NCBI GenBank assembly: GCA_041576165.1
Contig: JBFGLM010000025.1
Location: 10,060-74,059 of the forward strand
DNA: 64,000 bases
Direction of reading: 5' to 3'
Source of the DNA: Acidimicrobiia bacterium
Lineage (GTDB): Bacteria > Actinomycetota > Acidimicrobiia > Spongiisociales > Spongiisociaceae
Shown here piece by piece: positions 1 to 9,562 of the stretch. A program made the position numbers and the translations under genes. Each line of letters opens with the position of its first letter. Position 1 is the first letter of the stretch. The notes under the pieces are model-generated. The model was not told the DNA's origin and ran no database searches. It was given only the letters and a program-made list of their open reading frames with translations.

Positions 1-1
1 C

Positions 2-1039
2 CACCCGACGGCCACGTCGGTGAACGCGTCGGTCGTCATCGCTTTCTACCACTCCTCCTCTGGTGGTATCACCGAGACCAACACGGCGGTGTGGGGTACG
101 TCGTCTCAGCCTTACCTCCAGTCGGTCGATGATGCATGGTCCAACGCGCCGGCAGTCAACAATCCGTTTGAGTCGTGGACGGTTCGTGTCACTGCTGGAG
201 AGCTTGCCGGGCTGTTGGGATGGGACAGCGTCGAGCAGGTGGTGCTGGCCAATGGAGCTCCCGCGGCCAGCTTCACGTTCACCGGAACCAACGACGGCGC
301 GGCCGTCACCGACAATGTGACGGCGGCTGCCCTATACGCCCTGCTCGGCACCCGGTCTCCCCATATCGACAGTGTCACCGTTGATCCGTATTACCCCTTC
401 GGTGATATTGACGGGAGCGTCCACGCGTCGGCGATCGTGCAGCTGTGGGATGCGGGCATCACCAACGGCTGCACGGATGAGCTCTTCTGCCCGGAGCGGC
501 CGCTGTCGCGGGCACAGATGGCCACATTCCTCGCTCGGGTGCTAGGCCTCGAGCCGATCGACCAGCCCACATTCGTCGACGTCGCGGAGGACTCGGTCCA
601 CGCTCCGAGCATCAATGCCGTGGCCGCGGCCGGGATCACCGTCGGCTGCGACACGGCGGGATCACTCTTCTGCCCCGAGGAGGTCGTGTCGCGGGCGCAA
701 ATGGCGTCGTTTCTTGCCCGGGCGTTGGAGCTGGAGCCTGTCGCGGAGGGCCCGTTCCAGGATCTCACCGAGGCGGCCGGGCACCAAAGGAACATCAATG
801 CGCTGTGGGAGGCAGGGATCACCCGCGGCTGCTCGGCTCTCGGAAGCTCGTACTGCCCGACCGACCCGATGACCCGGGCACAGACCGCTACTTTCATCGA
901 CCGCGCCTTCCTGGGCGGGGTGGGCGACCTGGCCTCAGTCGGAGGGAGGCCCGAGCAGGAACCCGCACCCCCAAGCCAGGTGCATCGCGGGCAAGACGAG
1001 GGGGAGCAAAACGGCCGCTGGCGCCCGACGGTCGACTGA
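2..1039 (+). CDS. SpoIID/LytB-domain protein with three C-terminal SLH repeats (5' truncated by window)
   Basis: AFYHSSSGGxTE and PYLQSVDD (SpoIID-like); three GITxGC..CP..RAQ(M/T)AxF SLH repeats; frame open to window edge. Confidence 0.8.
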   Translation, partial: HPTATSVNASVVIAFYHSSSGGITETNTAVWGTSSQPYLQSVDDAWSNAPAVNNPFESWTVRVTAGELAGLLGWDSVEQVVLANGAPAASFTFTGTNDGAAVTDNVTAAALYALLGTRSPHIDSVTVDPYYPFGDIDGSVHASAIVQLWDAGITNGCTDELFCPERPLSRAQMATFLARVLGLEPIDQPTFVDVAEDSVHAPSINAVAAAGITVGCDTAGSLFCPEEVVSRAQMASFLARALELEPVAEGPFQDLTEAAGHQRNINALWEAGITRGCSALGSSYCPTDPMTRAQTATFIDRAFLGGVGDLASVGGRPEQEPAPPSQVHRGQDEGEQNGRWRPTVD

Positions 1040-1921
1040 TGTCCAAACGGCCCCGGTGAGGATCGTGGCCACGTAAGCCAGCGGCACTATGGCGCCCAGC
1101 AGGGTCTGGCCGCTCATGAGCAGTATCCCGGAGACGGCGAGGCCGATGACGAAGAGCGGCGGGACCAGCTGGCGCAGGCGTACCGCATCCGGGTGGGTCC
1201 GCAACATCCCGCGCTTCCAGCGGCCGTATTCGAAGTACTGGCGCCACAGCGCCACCAGTGAACCTCGCGGCCGATACTCGACCGCCAGCTCGGGGGTGAA
1301 CCACACAACATGACCCGCCCGGCGGAGCCGGAAGTTCAGTTCGTAGTCCTGATTGCGGACCAGGGACTCGTCGAACAGTCCCACCTCCTCCAGCGGGCGG
1401 CGGTCGAACACGCCCAAGTAGACCGTATCCACTTCTCCCGGTGGCCCGCCCAGGTGAAATCGGGAGTCGCCCACCCCGAGGCGGGATGTCATCGCCAGTG
1501 CCACTGCCTGCGAGAAGAAAGTGGTGCCGGTGGCTGCCTGGATTCCCCCCACATTGGCTGCCCCGGTGGCTCGCATCGTCTCCACGGCGGTCCGCACGTA
1601 TTCGGGTGGCAGCGTCGAGTGCCCGTCACAGCGCACGATGACCTCACCCCGCGCGGCCCGAATTGCCCGGTTCAGACCGGGGGCCGTGTACTGCGCGGGA
1701 TTGGACAGGACGACGACTCTGGGATCGTCGACCGACTCGACGATCGCCCGAGTGCCATCGGTGCTTTCCCCGTCGGCCACGATGACCTCGAGGGGTCCTG
1801 GATACCCCTGGTCCAGAGCGCTGCGAATGGCCGCCTCGATCGTCGTGGCTTCGTTGCGAGCCGCGATGACGATCGACACAGCCGGCCATTCGTCGTTGGA
1901 TGCGCGGGCGGTTGGTTCCAT
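935..1921 (-). CDS. Glycosyltransferase family 2 (ExoA-like)
   Basis: SIVIAARNE, ADGESTDGT, RCDGH, RNQDYELNFRL, C-terminal TM helices; start uncertain. Confidence 0.9.
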   Translation of the reverse strand: MEPTARASNDEWPAVSIVIAARNEATTIEAAIRSALDQGYPGPLEVIVADGESTDGTRAIVESVDDPRVVVLSNPAQYTAPGLNRAIRAARGEVIVRCDGHSTLPPEYVRTAVETMRATGAANVGGIQAATGTTFFSQAVALAMTSRLGVGDSRFHLGGPPGEVDTVYLGVFDRRPLEEVGLFDESLVRNQDYELNFRLRRAGHVVWFTPELAVEYRPRGSLVALWRQYFEYGRWKRGMLRTHPDAVRLRQLVPPLFVIGLAVSGILLMSGQTLLGAIVPLAYVATILTGAVWTSVDRRAPAAVLLPLVLPAMHLAWGCGFLLGPPSD

Positions 1922-2009
1922 GCCGCTACGTATACTGCCCGGCTCCCTAGCGACGGCGGAAATCATCCTCAGCGGCGAGTTTGCCTTCAGTCCCGAACTC
2001 CTGCTCTCT

Positions 2010-2666
2010 ATGTGGGCCGCGGGAACTGCGGCAGCCGGCGCCGCCGTGGCGTGGTGGCGGATCGTAGGGCCTGGCTACACATGGCTGACCGCAGGCTCCG
2101 TGAGCGGGATCGGCTTGGCAGCGGTCCTGCTCGATCCACATCCCGGGGCGATCGTGGGCGTGGCGGGTGCGCTGCTGGCGGTGTGGGCTGCGCGCCACCC
2201 GATTGCTGCCGCGGCGCTGCTAGGTCTCTCTGCGGTCGGCAGCCTGACCACCGCCGCCGGTGCCGGCAGCTGGCCGCTGGCCGTGACCGGGTCGGCGACT
2301 TTGGGCGGCATCACCGGAGAGATGCTGTTGGGTCACTGGTATCTGGTCAGCCCCCAGATGCCGCGCTGGGCCCTGCGCCGGCTGGACGTAGCAGGCGGTG
2401 TCGGGTTGGCCCTCGACGCCCTTCTGCTGGCGCTGGCGGGTTTCTTGGCCGGGGCGGGCGGATTGGGTGGGTGGATATTCGCCATGCTGGCCGGGGTCTC
2501 GATTGTGCTCATGACGGCAGTCTGGTTCGCCCTCCGAGAACAGGGCTACGAGGGGGTTATGGCCGCAACCGGCCTCAGCTACCTCGCGGTGCTGACCGCG
2601 CTCGGAGCCACGGCCGTGGGACGCGTGTTGCTGTCCGGCGACCGGTCGTTCTTTCCGCTCGGGTGA
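2010..2666 (+). CDS. Multi-pass membrane protein of unknown function
   Basis: Several hydrophobic segments, MLLGHWYLVxP and VMAATGLSYLA motifs; TATACT -10 at 1931-1936; start uncertain. Confidence 0.65.
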   Translation: MWAAGTAAAGAAVAWWRIVGPGYTWLTAGSVSGIGLAAVLLDPHPGAIVGVAGALLAVWAARHPIAAAALLGLSAVGSLTTAAGAGSWPLAVTGSATLGGITGEMLLGHWYLVSPQMPRWALRRLDVAGGVGLALDALLLALAGFLAGAGGLGGWIFAMLAGVSIVLMTAVWFALREQGYEGVMAATGLSYLAVLTALGATAVGRVLLSGDRSFFPLG

Positions 2667-2745
2667 CGCCGGCGAGCCGCCCAAGAATGCCGGACCCGGT
2701 CGAGGCAAGCGGGCGTGGCAGTCGTTGCTCCCTACACTGCCGGCC

Positions 2746-3300
2746 GTGAAGATCTATACGAAGAGGGGCGACGACGGCACTACCGGGCTTTTCTACGGCG
2801 GCCGCATTCCCAAAGATTCGACCGGCCCGGAAGCGTACGGGACGGTCGACGAGGCGGTGGCAGCCCTGGCGATGGCACGGGCCGAGGCTGAGGGCGATCT
2901 GGGCGAGCGGCTGCTGCAGCTGCAGCGCCAGCTCTTCGTGGTGGCGGCGGAGCTTGCCACAGACCCGGCCAACCACCACAAGCTGGAGTCCGGCGTCAGC
3001 CGGGTCACGCCCGGCATGGTGGAGGAGATCGAGCGCTGGATCGACGAGCTCGTCGAAGACGTCGGGATGCCCGAGCAGTTCGTGGTGGCCGGGCGGACTC
3101 GGCTGCCGGCCCAGCTGGACCTGGCCCGCGCCGTGATCCGCCGGGCGGAACGACGGGCGGTCACCCATCTGCGGTCCGCAGGAGTGGCCGACAGCTCGGT
3201 GGTCGCCTACCTCAACCGGCTGGCCGACTACGTGTACATGCTCGTCCGGGCAGCTGAAAGCGAGTGGGAGCCCTCGCGGTCCGACGGAGGTGCATCATGA
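2746..3300 (+). CDS. ATP:cob(I)alamin adenosyltransferase (PduO type)
   Basis: KIYTKRGDDGTT, AYGTVDE, RRAER, YLNRLAD. Confidence 0.95.
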   Translation: MKIYTKRGDDGTTGLFYGGRIPKDSTGPEAYGTVDEAVAALAMARAEAEGDLGERLLQLQRQLFVVAAELATDPANHHKLESGVSRVTPGMVEEIERWIDELVEDVGMPEQFVVAGRTRLPAQLDLARAVIRRAERRAVTHLRSAGVADSSVVAYLNRLADYVYMLVRAAESEWEPSRSDGGAS

Positions 3301-4736
3301 ACATCACGAGTTCGGAATCGATCGGTCCCGCCACGGTGCTCGGGGTCGGGCTCACCGCGGGCGGCGAGTGGGATCCGGCCGCGGCCGAACTGGTCGCGAG
3401 CATCGAGGAGGGGTTGATTGCGTTTCTGGAGCAATCCGACATGACGGGAAAACCCGGTCAAGCGGTGATGTATCCGGCGGCGAACGGAGTTGACTACGTC
3501 GTCGTGTTGGGACTGGGGGACGATCCGGACGCCGAATCGTTGCGGCAGGCGGCCGGCACGCTGTCCCGCATGACTCCCAAAGCCCCGACTGTGGCCACGA
3601 CGCTGGCCAGTCGGGACATCTCGGCCGCCAGCCGGGCGGTCACCGAGGGTCTGCTGCTCGGGCGTTACCGGTTCGATCGGTATGTCAGTGAGAGCCAGGA
3701 GCGGCTGACCGAATCGGTGACGCTGGTCGGGGGGGAGGACGCCGCCATCTCGGCCGGGCGAGCCGTGGCCGAGGCAGTCGTATGGGCGAGAGATCTCATC
3801 AACACACCGGCGGCGGACAAATCACCCGAAGACGTGGTGGCCGGGGCGCTCGAGGCGCTGGCAGATCAACCCATCCGCTCGGTGGTGTATCAGGGCTCGG
3901 AGCTGGAAGAGCAACGATTCGGCGGCCTGATGGGTGTGGCGGCCGGCTCGAGCCGCCCGGCCCGGATGCTGGAGCTGTGGTACGAACCCGTCGAGGCCCA
4001 AGCGTTCCTCGCGCTGGTCGGCAAGGGCATCACTTTCGACAGCGGCGGGCTTTCCCTCAAACCGGCGTCCGGCATGGAGATGATGAAGACCGACATGTCG
4101 GGCGCGGCGGCCGTTCTGGGTGCGCTGGCAGCCATCGTCCGACTCGAGATCCCTGTGAAGGTCCTCGCTCTCTCCCCGCTGAGTGACAACATGCCGAGCG
4201 GCTCCGCCACCAAACCGGGCGATGTCCTGACGGCTCGCAACGGAAAAACGATCGAGGTTGTCAACACCGACGCAGAGGGCCGGCTCGTCCTGGCCGACGC
4301 CTTGTCGCTGGCCTCCGAGCACGGACCCGATCTGATAATCGACGTGGCCACCCTCACCGGTGCGTGCAAGGTTGCGCTGGGGGAGAAGATCGCCGGCGGG
4401 TTCAGCACCGACGAGCAGGCGCTCGATCGGGTGGTGGTGGCCGGCTCGAGGGTCGGGGAACGAATCTGGCCGCTCCCGCTGCCCGACGACTACCGTAAGC
4501 TCATCGACTCGCCCATCGCAGACATGTCCAATTCGGGCGGTCGGTTCGGAGCGGCCATCACCGCCGCCCTGCTCCTCCGCGAATTTGTTGAAGGCTGCCC
4601 GTGGGTCCACCTCGACATCGCCGGGCCGGCGCGCTGGCCAGAGGACGAGCACTACCAGTCGAAAGGCGGTTCCGGCTTCGGGGTCCGCACGCTGGTGGCG
4701 CTGGCCGAGGATATTGCGTCGAACGGCGGACTTTGA
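3297..4736 (+). CDS. pepA: Leucyl aminopeptidase (M17)
   Basis: GKGITFDSGG, MKTDMSG, NTDAEGRL; GGAGG SD; ATGA overlap. Confidence 0.95.
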   Translation: MNITSSESIGPATVLGVGLTAGGEWDPAAAELVASIEEGLIAFLEQSDMTGKPGQAVMYPAANGVDYVVVLGLGDDPDAESLRQAAGTLSRMTPKAPTVATTLASRDISAASRAVTEGLLLGRYRFDRYVSESQERLTESVTLVGGEDAAISAGRAVAEAVVWARDLINTPAADKSPEDVVAGALEALADQPIRSVVYQGSELEEQRFGGLMGVAAGSSRPARMLELWYEPVEAQAFLALVGKGITFDSGGLSLKPASGMEMMKTDMSGAAAVLGALAAIVRLEIPVKVLALSPLSDNMPSGSATKPGDVLTARNGKTIEVVNTDAEGRLVLADALSLASEHGPDLIIDVATLTGACKVALGEKIAGGFSTDEQALDRVVVAGSRVGERIWPLPLPDDYRKLIDSPIADMSNSGGRFGAAITAALLLREFVEGCPWVHLDIAGPARWPEDEHYQSKGGSGFGVRTLVALAEDIASNGGL

Positions 4737-4766
4737 ATCATCCATGACAAGCGACCGGCTATCCTC

Positions 4767-6077
4767 TTGGCGGCTTTGCGCGCACCACTCTGGGGGTTGA
4801 GCATCCGACGGCGGTTTCTCATTTCTACGGCCTCTGCCGACCTGGCGGTCCTGCTCGCGGCGATAGTCCCGGCGTCGCTCATCGACTTCGGGGTGGGTCT
4901 TCCGTGGCTGGCTGAGCCACGCATCCTGCCGGTGATCGGGATCATGGTCGGCTCGGCCCTGCTCGCCTCCTGGCTGAGCGCCCGCATGTGGTCGGGACAC
5001 GCCCCGCGGCCGAACTATGGACGAGCCACCGTCATCGTGCTGGGCACGCTGGGCCTCACGTCGCTCAGCCTCACTCTCACCCAGCTGTACTTCTCACGGC
5101 CGATCATCGGCTGGACCATGGTGTTCTGGCTGAGCGGCGCGCTGGCGCACCGCGCGGTGCGACGCCGGCGTCCCTGGACCGAAGACCTGGTGCTGGTGAC
5201 AGCGGAAAAAGGTCTGGTAGATGATCTGCGATTCTCAACGCACGCCAACGTGATCGGGGTGCTCGATCCGGGCACCGAAGGCGAAATCCTTCCGCTGGAG
5301 GCCGGCCAGATTCTGGCCGTCGACCTGCGTTCGGTCCTGTCGGATCGAATGGCGCAATACGTCTCATCATGCACGCTGGCGGGCCTCGACGTCCGACCGC
5401 TCACGACGGTCTATGAGGAACACACCGGGCGGCTCCCGATAGTCCACCTGGCCGAGGGCTGGGAGTTACGGACTCCGGTTGTCAAAACGGCCCCCTACCT
5501 ACCGGGCAAACGTCTGGTCGAGACGGGCATGGTCATCGTCACCGCCCCCCTCAGCCTGCTGATTGCAGCAACCATCGCCATCATGGTCCGGTTCTCGTCG
5601 CCCGGTCCGGTGATATTCCGTCAAACCCGGGTGGGTCGCAACGGTCAGCTCTTCACTCTCTACAAGTTCCGCACCATGCACGACGGGGCCGAAGAGACCG
5701 GACCTCGGTTCGCCGCCACCGACGACGACCGGGTGACCCCGGTCGGCCGGTGGCTGCGCCCTTCCCATCTCGATGAGCTGCCCCAGCTCTGGAACGTGCT
5801 CAAAGGTGATCTGGCGCTGGTCGGACCCCGGCCCGAGCAAGTTGCGTTCGCGCGCGAGTTTTCCCGCACCATTCCCTTCTACAGCCATCGCCATCTGATC
5901 CGTCCCGGCGTCACCGGCTGGGCGCAGGTCAACTACGGCTATGCCGATGACCAGGCCGATACCATCGAGAAGCTGACCTACGACCTCTATTACGTGAAGC
6001 ACATGTCGCCGTGGATGGATCTACACATCCTCGGACGCAGCATCTGGACGGTCTTGACGGGCTTCGGCAGCCGCTGA
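4767..6077 (+). CDS. Polyprenyl glycosylphosphotransferase (bacterial sugar transferase)
   Basis: N-terminal TMs; KFRTM, LDELPQLWNVLKGD, VGPRPE, PGVTGWAQV. Confidence 0.92.
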   Translation: MAALRAPLWGLSIRRRFLISTASADLAVLLAAIVPASLIDFGVGLPWLAEPRILPVIGIMVGSALLASWLSARMWSGHAPRPNYGRATVIVLGTLGLTSLSLTLTQLYFSRPIIGWTMVFWLSGALAHRAVRRRRPWTEDLVLVTAEKGLVDDLRFSTHANVIGVLDPGTEGEILPLEAGQILAVDLRSVLSDRMAQYVSSCTLAGLDVRPLTTVYEEHTGRLPIVHLAEGWELRTPVVKTAPYLPGKRLVETGMVIVTAPLSLLIAATIAIMVRFSSPGPVIFRQTRVGRNGQLFTLYKFRTMHDGAEETGPRFAATDDDRVTPVGRWLRPSHLDELPQLWNVLKGDLALVGPRPEQVAFAREFSRTIPFYSHRHLIRPGVTGWAQVNYGYADDQADTIEKLTYDLYYVKHMSPWMDLHILGRSIWTVLTGFGSR

Positions 6078-6102
6078 GCTTTGCCAACCGGCTGCGCTCC
6101 GT

Positions 6103-7260
6103 TCAGCGGGGCCGGCACGTCTCGTCGTAATCCACTATCTCGGGTTTTCGAGTTGGATCACCACACGCCGGGCAACCCGGATTTTGGCCGAACCTGAGCG
6201 TCGTGAAATCCTGCGCCAACGCGTCGTAGAGCAGCAGCCGTCCGATGAGCGGGTCGCCGATCCCGAGTATGAGCTTGATCGCTTCGGTCGCCTGGATCGA
6301 GCCGATGATGCCCGGCAGCACCCCGAGCACACCCGCCTCCGCGCAGTTGGGGGCCAGCTCGGGCGGGGGCGGTGCCTCAAACAGGCAGCGGTAGCACGGT
6401 CCGTCATAGGGCCGGAAGACAGAGGCTTGTCCGTCGAAGCGAAAGATCGAGCCATGCACGACCGGAACATGGAGGTGGAGCGAGGCGTCGTTGACCAGAT
6501 AGCGGGTGGGGAAGTTGTCGGCGCCGTCGATGATCACGTCGTAGCCGGACATGACCTCGAGCACGTTGTCGGCGGAGAGCCGCAGATCGTGAGTCTCGAC
6601 CTTGACGTCCGAGTTGAGCGCGGTGAGGGTCTGGCGGGCCGACTCCACCTTCTTCTCACCCACCCGGTGCAGATCGTGGAGGATCTGACGCTGCAGGTTG
6701 GTGGCATCGACCCGGTCATGGTCCACGATCCCGATGGTGCCCACGCCCGCCGCGGCCAGGTAGAGGCCGGCGGGCGACCCGAGGCCCCCGGCCCCGATCA
6801 GCAGCACCCGGGAATCGAGCAGCTTCTGCTGGCCGGCGTCACCGACCTCGGCCAGCATGAGGTGCCGGCTGTACCGGGCTCGTTGATCGGCGCTGAACCT
6901 CCGCGGTACGTCCCAGTCCAATCCAGCCGCCTTCCAGCCGATAAATCCGGTGTCGAGCGAGGCCACATCGGTGTATCCGAGCTGCTCGAGCGCCCGGGCG
7001 GCGAGCGCGGACCGTGCCCCGCTGGCGCAATAGAGGACAATCGGCGTGTTTTGCTCCGGGGCCGCAGCCCGGATGCTGAACTCGAGCATTCCGCGGGGTA
7101 TGTGGCGCGCACCGGGGATTGCGCCCTGTTCGAACTCGTCGGCCTCGCGGACGTCGATCACGAGCGTGTTCGGGCCGATGCGGCCGGCCAGGTCATCACA
7201 AGTGAGCTCGGTCACTGCGGCCCGAGCCTGGGCCACGAGCTCGTTTTCATGGACCGCCAT
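6103..7260 (-). CDS. moeB: Rhodanese-ThiF/MoeB sulfur-carrier adenylyltransferase (MoeZ-like)
   Basis: N-terminal rhodanese YCASGARS; RYSRH, GAGGLG, NLQRQ, CYRC, NCAEAGVLG. Confidence 0.92.
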   Translation of the reverse strand: MAVHENELVAQARAAVTELTCDDLAGRIGPNTLVIDVREADEFEQGAIPGARHIPRGMLEFSIRAAAPEQNTPIVLYCASGARSALAARALEQLGYTDVASLDTGFIGWKAAGLDWDVPRRFSADQRARYSRHLMLAEVGDAGQQKLLDSRVLLIGAGGLGSPAGLYLAAAGVGTIGIVDHDRVDATNLQRQILHDLHRVGEKKVESARQTLTALNSDVKVETHDLRLSADNVLEVMSGYDVIIDGADNFPTRYLVNDASLHLHVPVVHGSIFRFDGQASVFRPYDGPCYRCLFEAPPPPELAPNCAEAGVLGVLPGIIGSIQATEAIKLILGIGDPLIGRLLLYDALAQDFTTLRFGQNPGCPACGDPTRKPEIVDYDETCRPR

Positions 7261-7346
7261 GACCTGAGCGTACCGGGCGCGGCCGAAAATGGGGCCCGCC
7301 GCCACCCGGTCTCGATGTGGGATGAGCGGTGATCGGCGGCCTTCGC

Positions 7347-8099
7347 TCAGCCGACGAGGCGATCAACCAGCACAGTCAACGCGTCGCCGGCTCCTGCCTC
7401 GACCTTGATCGCGGCGTGGTCGAAGTCGGTCTCTCCCTGGTTGATGATCACGAACGGCGCGCCGCGGCGGGCGGCCATCAGCGGAATCTCCGCCGCCGGC
7501 CACACCGAAAGTGTGGTGCCGACTGCTACGACCGCATCGGCCCGGCCGGCCATGTCCTGGGCCTTGACCATTTCAGAGGCGGGGAGGAGCTGTCCGAACG
7601 AGACGACGGTGAGCTTGATGATGCCGTTGCAGTGCGGGCAGTGTGGATCGTCTTCACCTGCTTGCACGCGGGTGAGGACTTCCCCGGTAGGCCATCGGGC
7701 GTCGCAGACGAGACAGGTCACCGCCCGGGTGTTGCCGTGGAGTTCCGCTACTGCGTCGGCGGGTAACCCGGCTTCTAGGTGGAGCCCGTCGATGTTCTGG
7801 GTCACGCATCCGGCCAGCCGGTCGCATTCCCAGAGTCGCACGATCGCATGGTGGCCGCGGTTGGGTTGAGCTCCCACATATCGAGAGTCACCCCACATGG
7901 CCCAGCTGCGCTGGCGGATCTCGGACGAAGCCAGGTAGCGGTCGATCGTGAAATCGTCCGGGTCGACCTTTGTCCAAAGGCCCTCCGGTCCCCGAAAGTC
8001 GGGAATGCCGGACTCGGTCGAGATACCGGCGCCGGTGAAGACCAGTATTCGGGTGGCGCCGGCGAGCGCAGCTGCCGCCTGGTCGATCGGTTGGTCCAT
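7347..8099 (-). CDS. cobB: NAD-dependent deacylase (Sir2/CobB)
   Basis: GAGISTESGIPDFRG, TQNIDGLH, ELHG, two CxxC. Confidence 0.93.
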   Translation of the reverse strand: MDQPIDQAAAALAGATRILVFTGAGISTESGIPDFRGPEGLWTKVDPDDFTIDRYLASSEIRQRSWAMWGDSRYVGAQPNRGHHAIVRLWECDRLAGCVTQNIDGLHLEAGLPADAVAELHGNTRAVTCLVCDARWPTGEVLTRVQAGEDDPHCPHCNGIIKLTVVSFGQLLPASEMVKAQDMAGRADAVVAVGTTLSVWPAAEIPLMAARRGAPFVIINQGETDFDHAAIKVEAGAGDALTVLVDRLVG

Positions 8100-8142
8100 G
8101 CTGGGAGCGTAGACGGCGCCACCCGCAACTTCCCCGCAACGC

Positions 8143-8622
8143 TCACTTTCCGGGCGGGGATGCCGGCCGGCCGTTGGGGCCGAGGAGTTGTCGGTCCCTG
8201 TTGGGGGCGGTGCGGGCGTGCTCGGCCCGCAGCCAGCTGGGGAGCAGCCGGAGCTGGCGGGGTGTGAGCAGGGGGACCCGCTCCCGGACCAGCACGCGGG
8301 AACCGTAATGGAGCACGAGGTGCTCGGCTGCCAGAACGTGGAGGTAGAGAGGATAGGGGAGCGGGTTCCCCCTGGTGGCGGCGGTCACGAGCCGCAGGAG
8401 ATCCGCCACCGCAGAGGGTCCGATGGCTGCACTCCAATACCGCCGCACATAGGGATCGGTCGGCTCGACGGAGGCAGTGAGCGGGTCGGGCCAGATGGCG
8501 GGCCGGATGATGGCGCGTGGGGTGGCGGAGATGCGGCGGGCAGTGCCCGGCTGTGGCGCGGTGTCCGTGGCGACGGGAGGACAGTCATCGGAACGGACGG
8601 GGCCGGGCACTGCGTACCGCAT
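8143..8622 (-). CDS. Hypothetical protein
   Basis: Fills the gap on the same strand as neighbours; DPYVRRYWSAAIGPSA and RVPLLTPRQLRLLP look like conserved segments. Confidence 0.55.
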   Translation of the reverse strand: MRYAVPGPVRSDDCPPVATDTAPQPGTARRISATPRAIIRPAIWPDPLTASVEPTDPYVRRYWSAAIGPSAVADLLRLVTAATRGNPLPYPLYLHVLAAEHLVLHYGSRVLVRERVPLLTPRQLRLLPSWLRAEHARTAPNRDRQLLGPNGRPASPPGK

Positions 8623-8666
8623 ACCCCTACGTAAGCACTATTATCGCTCTATAGCAATAGTTAGCA

Positions 8667-9500
8667 TTATATATAGTTTTCGCGATCTAGCTGATTGAGC
8701 CAGTCGGTCACGATGCCGGCGACTTCGGTCTCGAAGCCGGCGTAATAGTGGCCGCAGCCGGCCAGCCGCACGGTCTGGACCGGCGCCGGGCAGCGTTCGG
8801 CGAAGGCGGCGACCGGGTACAGGTCCTCCGGTTCTTCCTCACCCACGACGTAGAGGACTGGGCAGCGGATGCGGGGGGCGGCATCGAGCAAGTCGGGGCA
8901 GTGGTCCAGGAACTCGACGTAGGTGGCGGCCGAGATCACGTACCACCAGCCCGGGGCCAAGAGCAGTTGATCACCTCGCCCCGCCTCCACCAACGCTCGA
9001 GCTTCGCGAGTCATCTCCTCGAACCGGTCCCCGGCCATCAGACCGTTTTCGGCCATCAATCGCATCAGGTCCTTCCCGCCCCTATGCGCGGAGAGCAGCA
9101 CCAAGCCAGGGGTGTCTTGTTTCGAGGAGACGTGGGCGGCCGCCAACGTTCCCCCGTTCGAGTGGCCCACGGCGACCGGGGTGTGGCCAGTCCGGTCGGT
9201 CAACCACCTCCCGGCGAGGTCGTCATCTTCCCGCGACTGGCTGATCGTCTGGAACGCGCCCCCTTCGAGCGACCGTGAGTCACGATTCGACAGGACGTCG
9301 TGGCCGCGTCGGTTGTACGCCAGGCAATGCCAGCCGTGCCCAGTCAGCACCGGCGGGAGGAAGCGGGAAGGGCCGACGTAGAAGTTCATCGTATTGCCAT
9401 GGAACAGCTGTACTGCGCCGGTTGGCTTGCCGGAGGCTGCATAGAAGGCGCCGTCGAGCGGGACGGTCGGGGTGGGAATGGACACGAGCTCGGTCCGCAT
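8667..9500 (-). CDS. Alpha/beta hydrolase
   Basis: HG oxyanion loop, GHSNGG nucleophile elbow, C-terminal GH. Confidence 0.85.
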   Translation of the reverse strand: MRTELVSIPTPTVPLDGAFYAASGKPTGAVQLFHGNTMNFYVGPSRFLPPVLTGHGWHCLAYNRRGHDVLSNRDSRSLEGGAFQTISQSREDDDLAGRWLTDRTGHTPVAVGHSNGGTLAAAHVSSKQDTPGLVLLSAHRGGKDLMRLMAENGLMAGDRFEEMTREARALVEAGRGDQLLLAPGWWYVISAATYVEFLDHCPDLLDAAPRIRCPVLYVVGEEEPEDLYPVAAFAERCPAPVQTVRLAGCGHYYAGFETEVAGIVTDWLNQLDRENYI

Positions 9501-9562
9501 GTTGCCTACCAGCCGGGAGGACGTGGGCGGGGCGGTTCGGAGCCGATGCTGTGCTCGGTGCG

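Noticed and set aside
2667-2745. Cobalamin riboswitch before adenosyltransferase
   Set aside because: Too short, no B12 box, and the gene appears leaderless.
7347-8099. Sir2 as anti-phage defence effector
   Set aside because: Canonical zinc-binding CobB-type deacylase with no defence partners.
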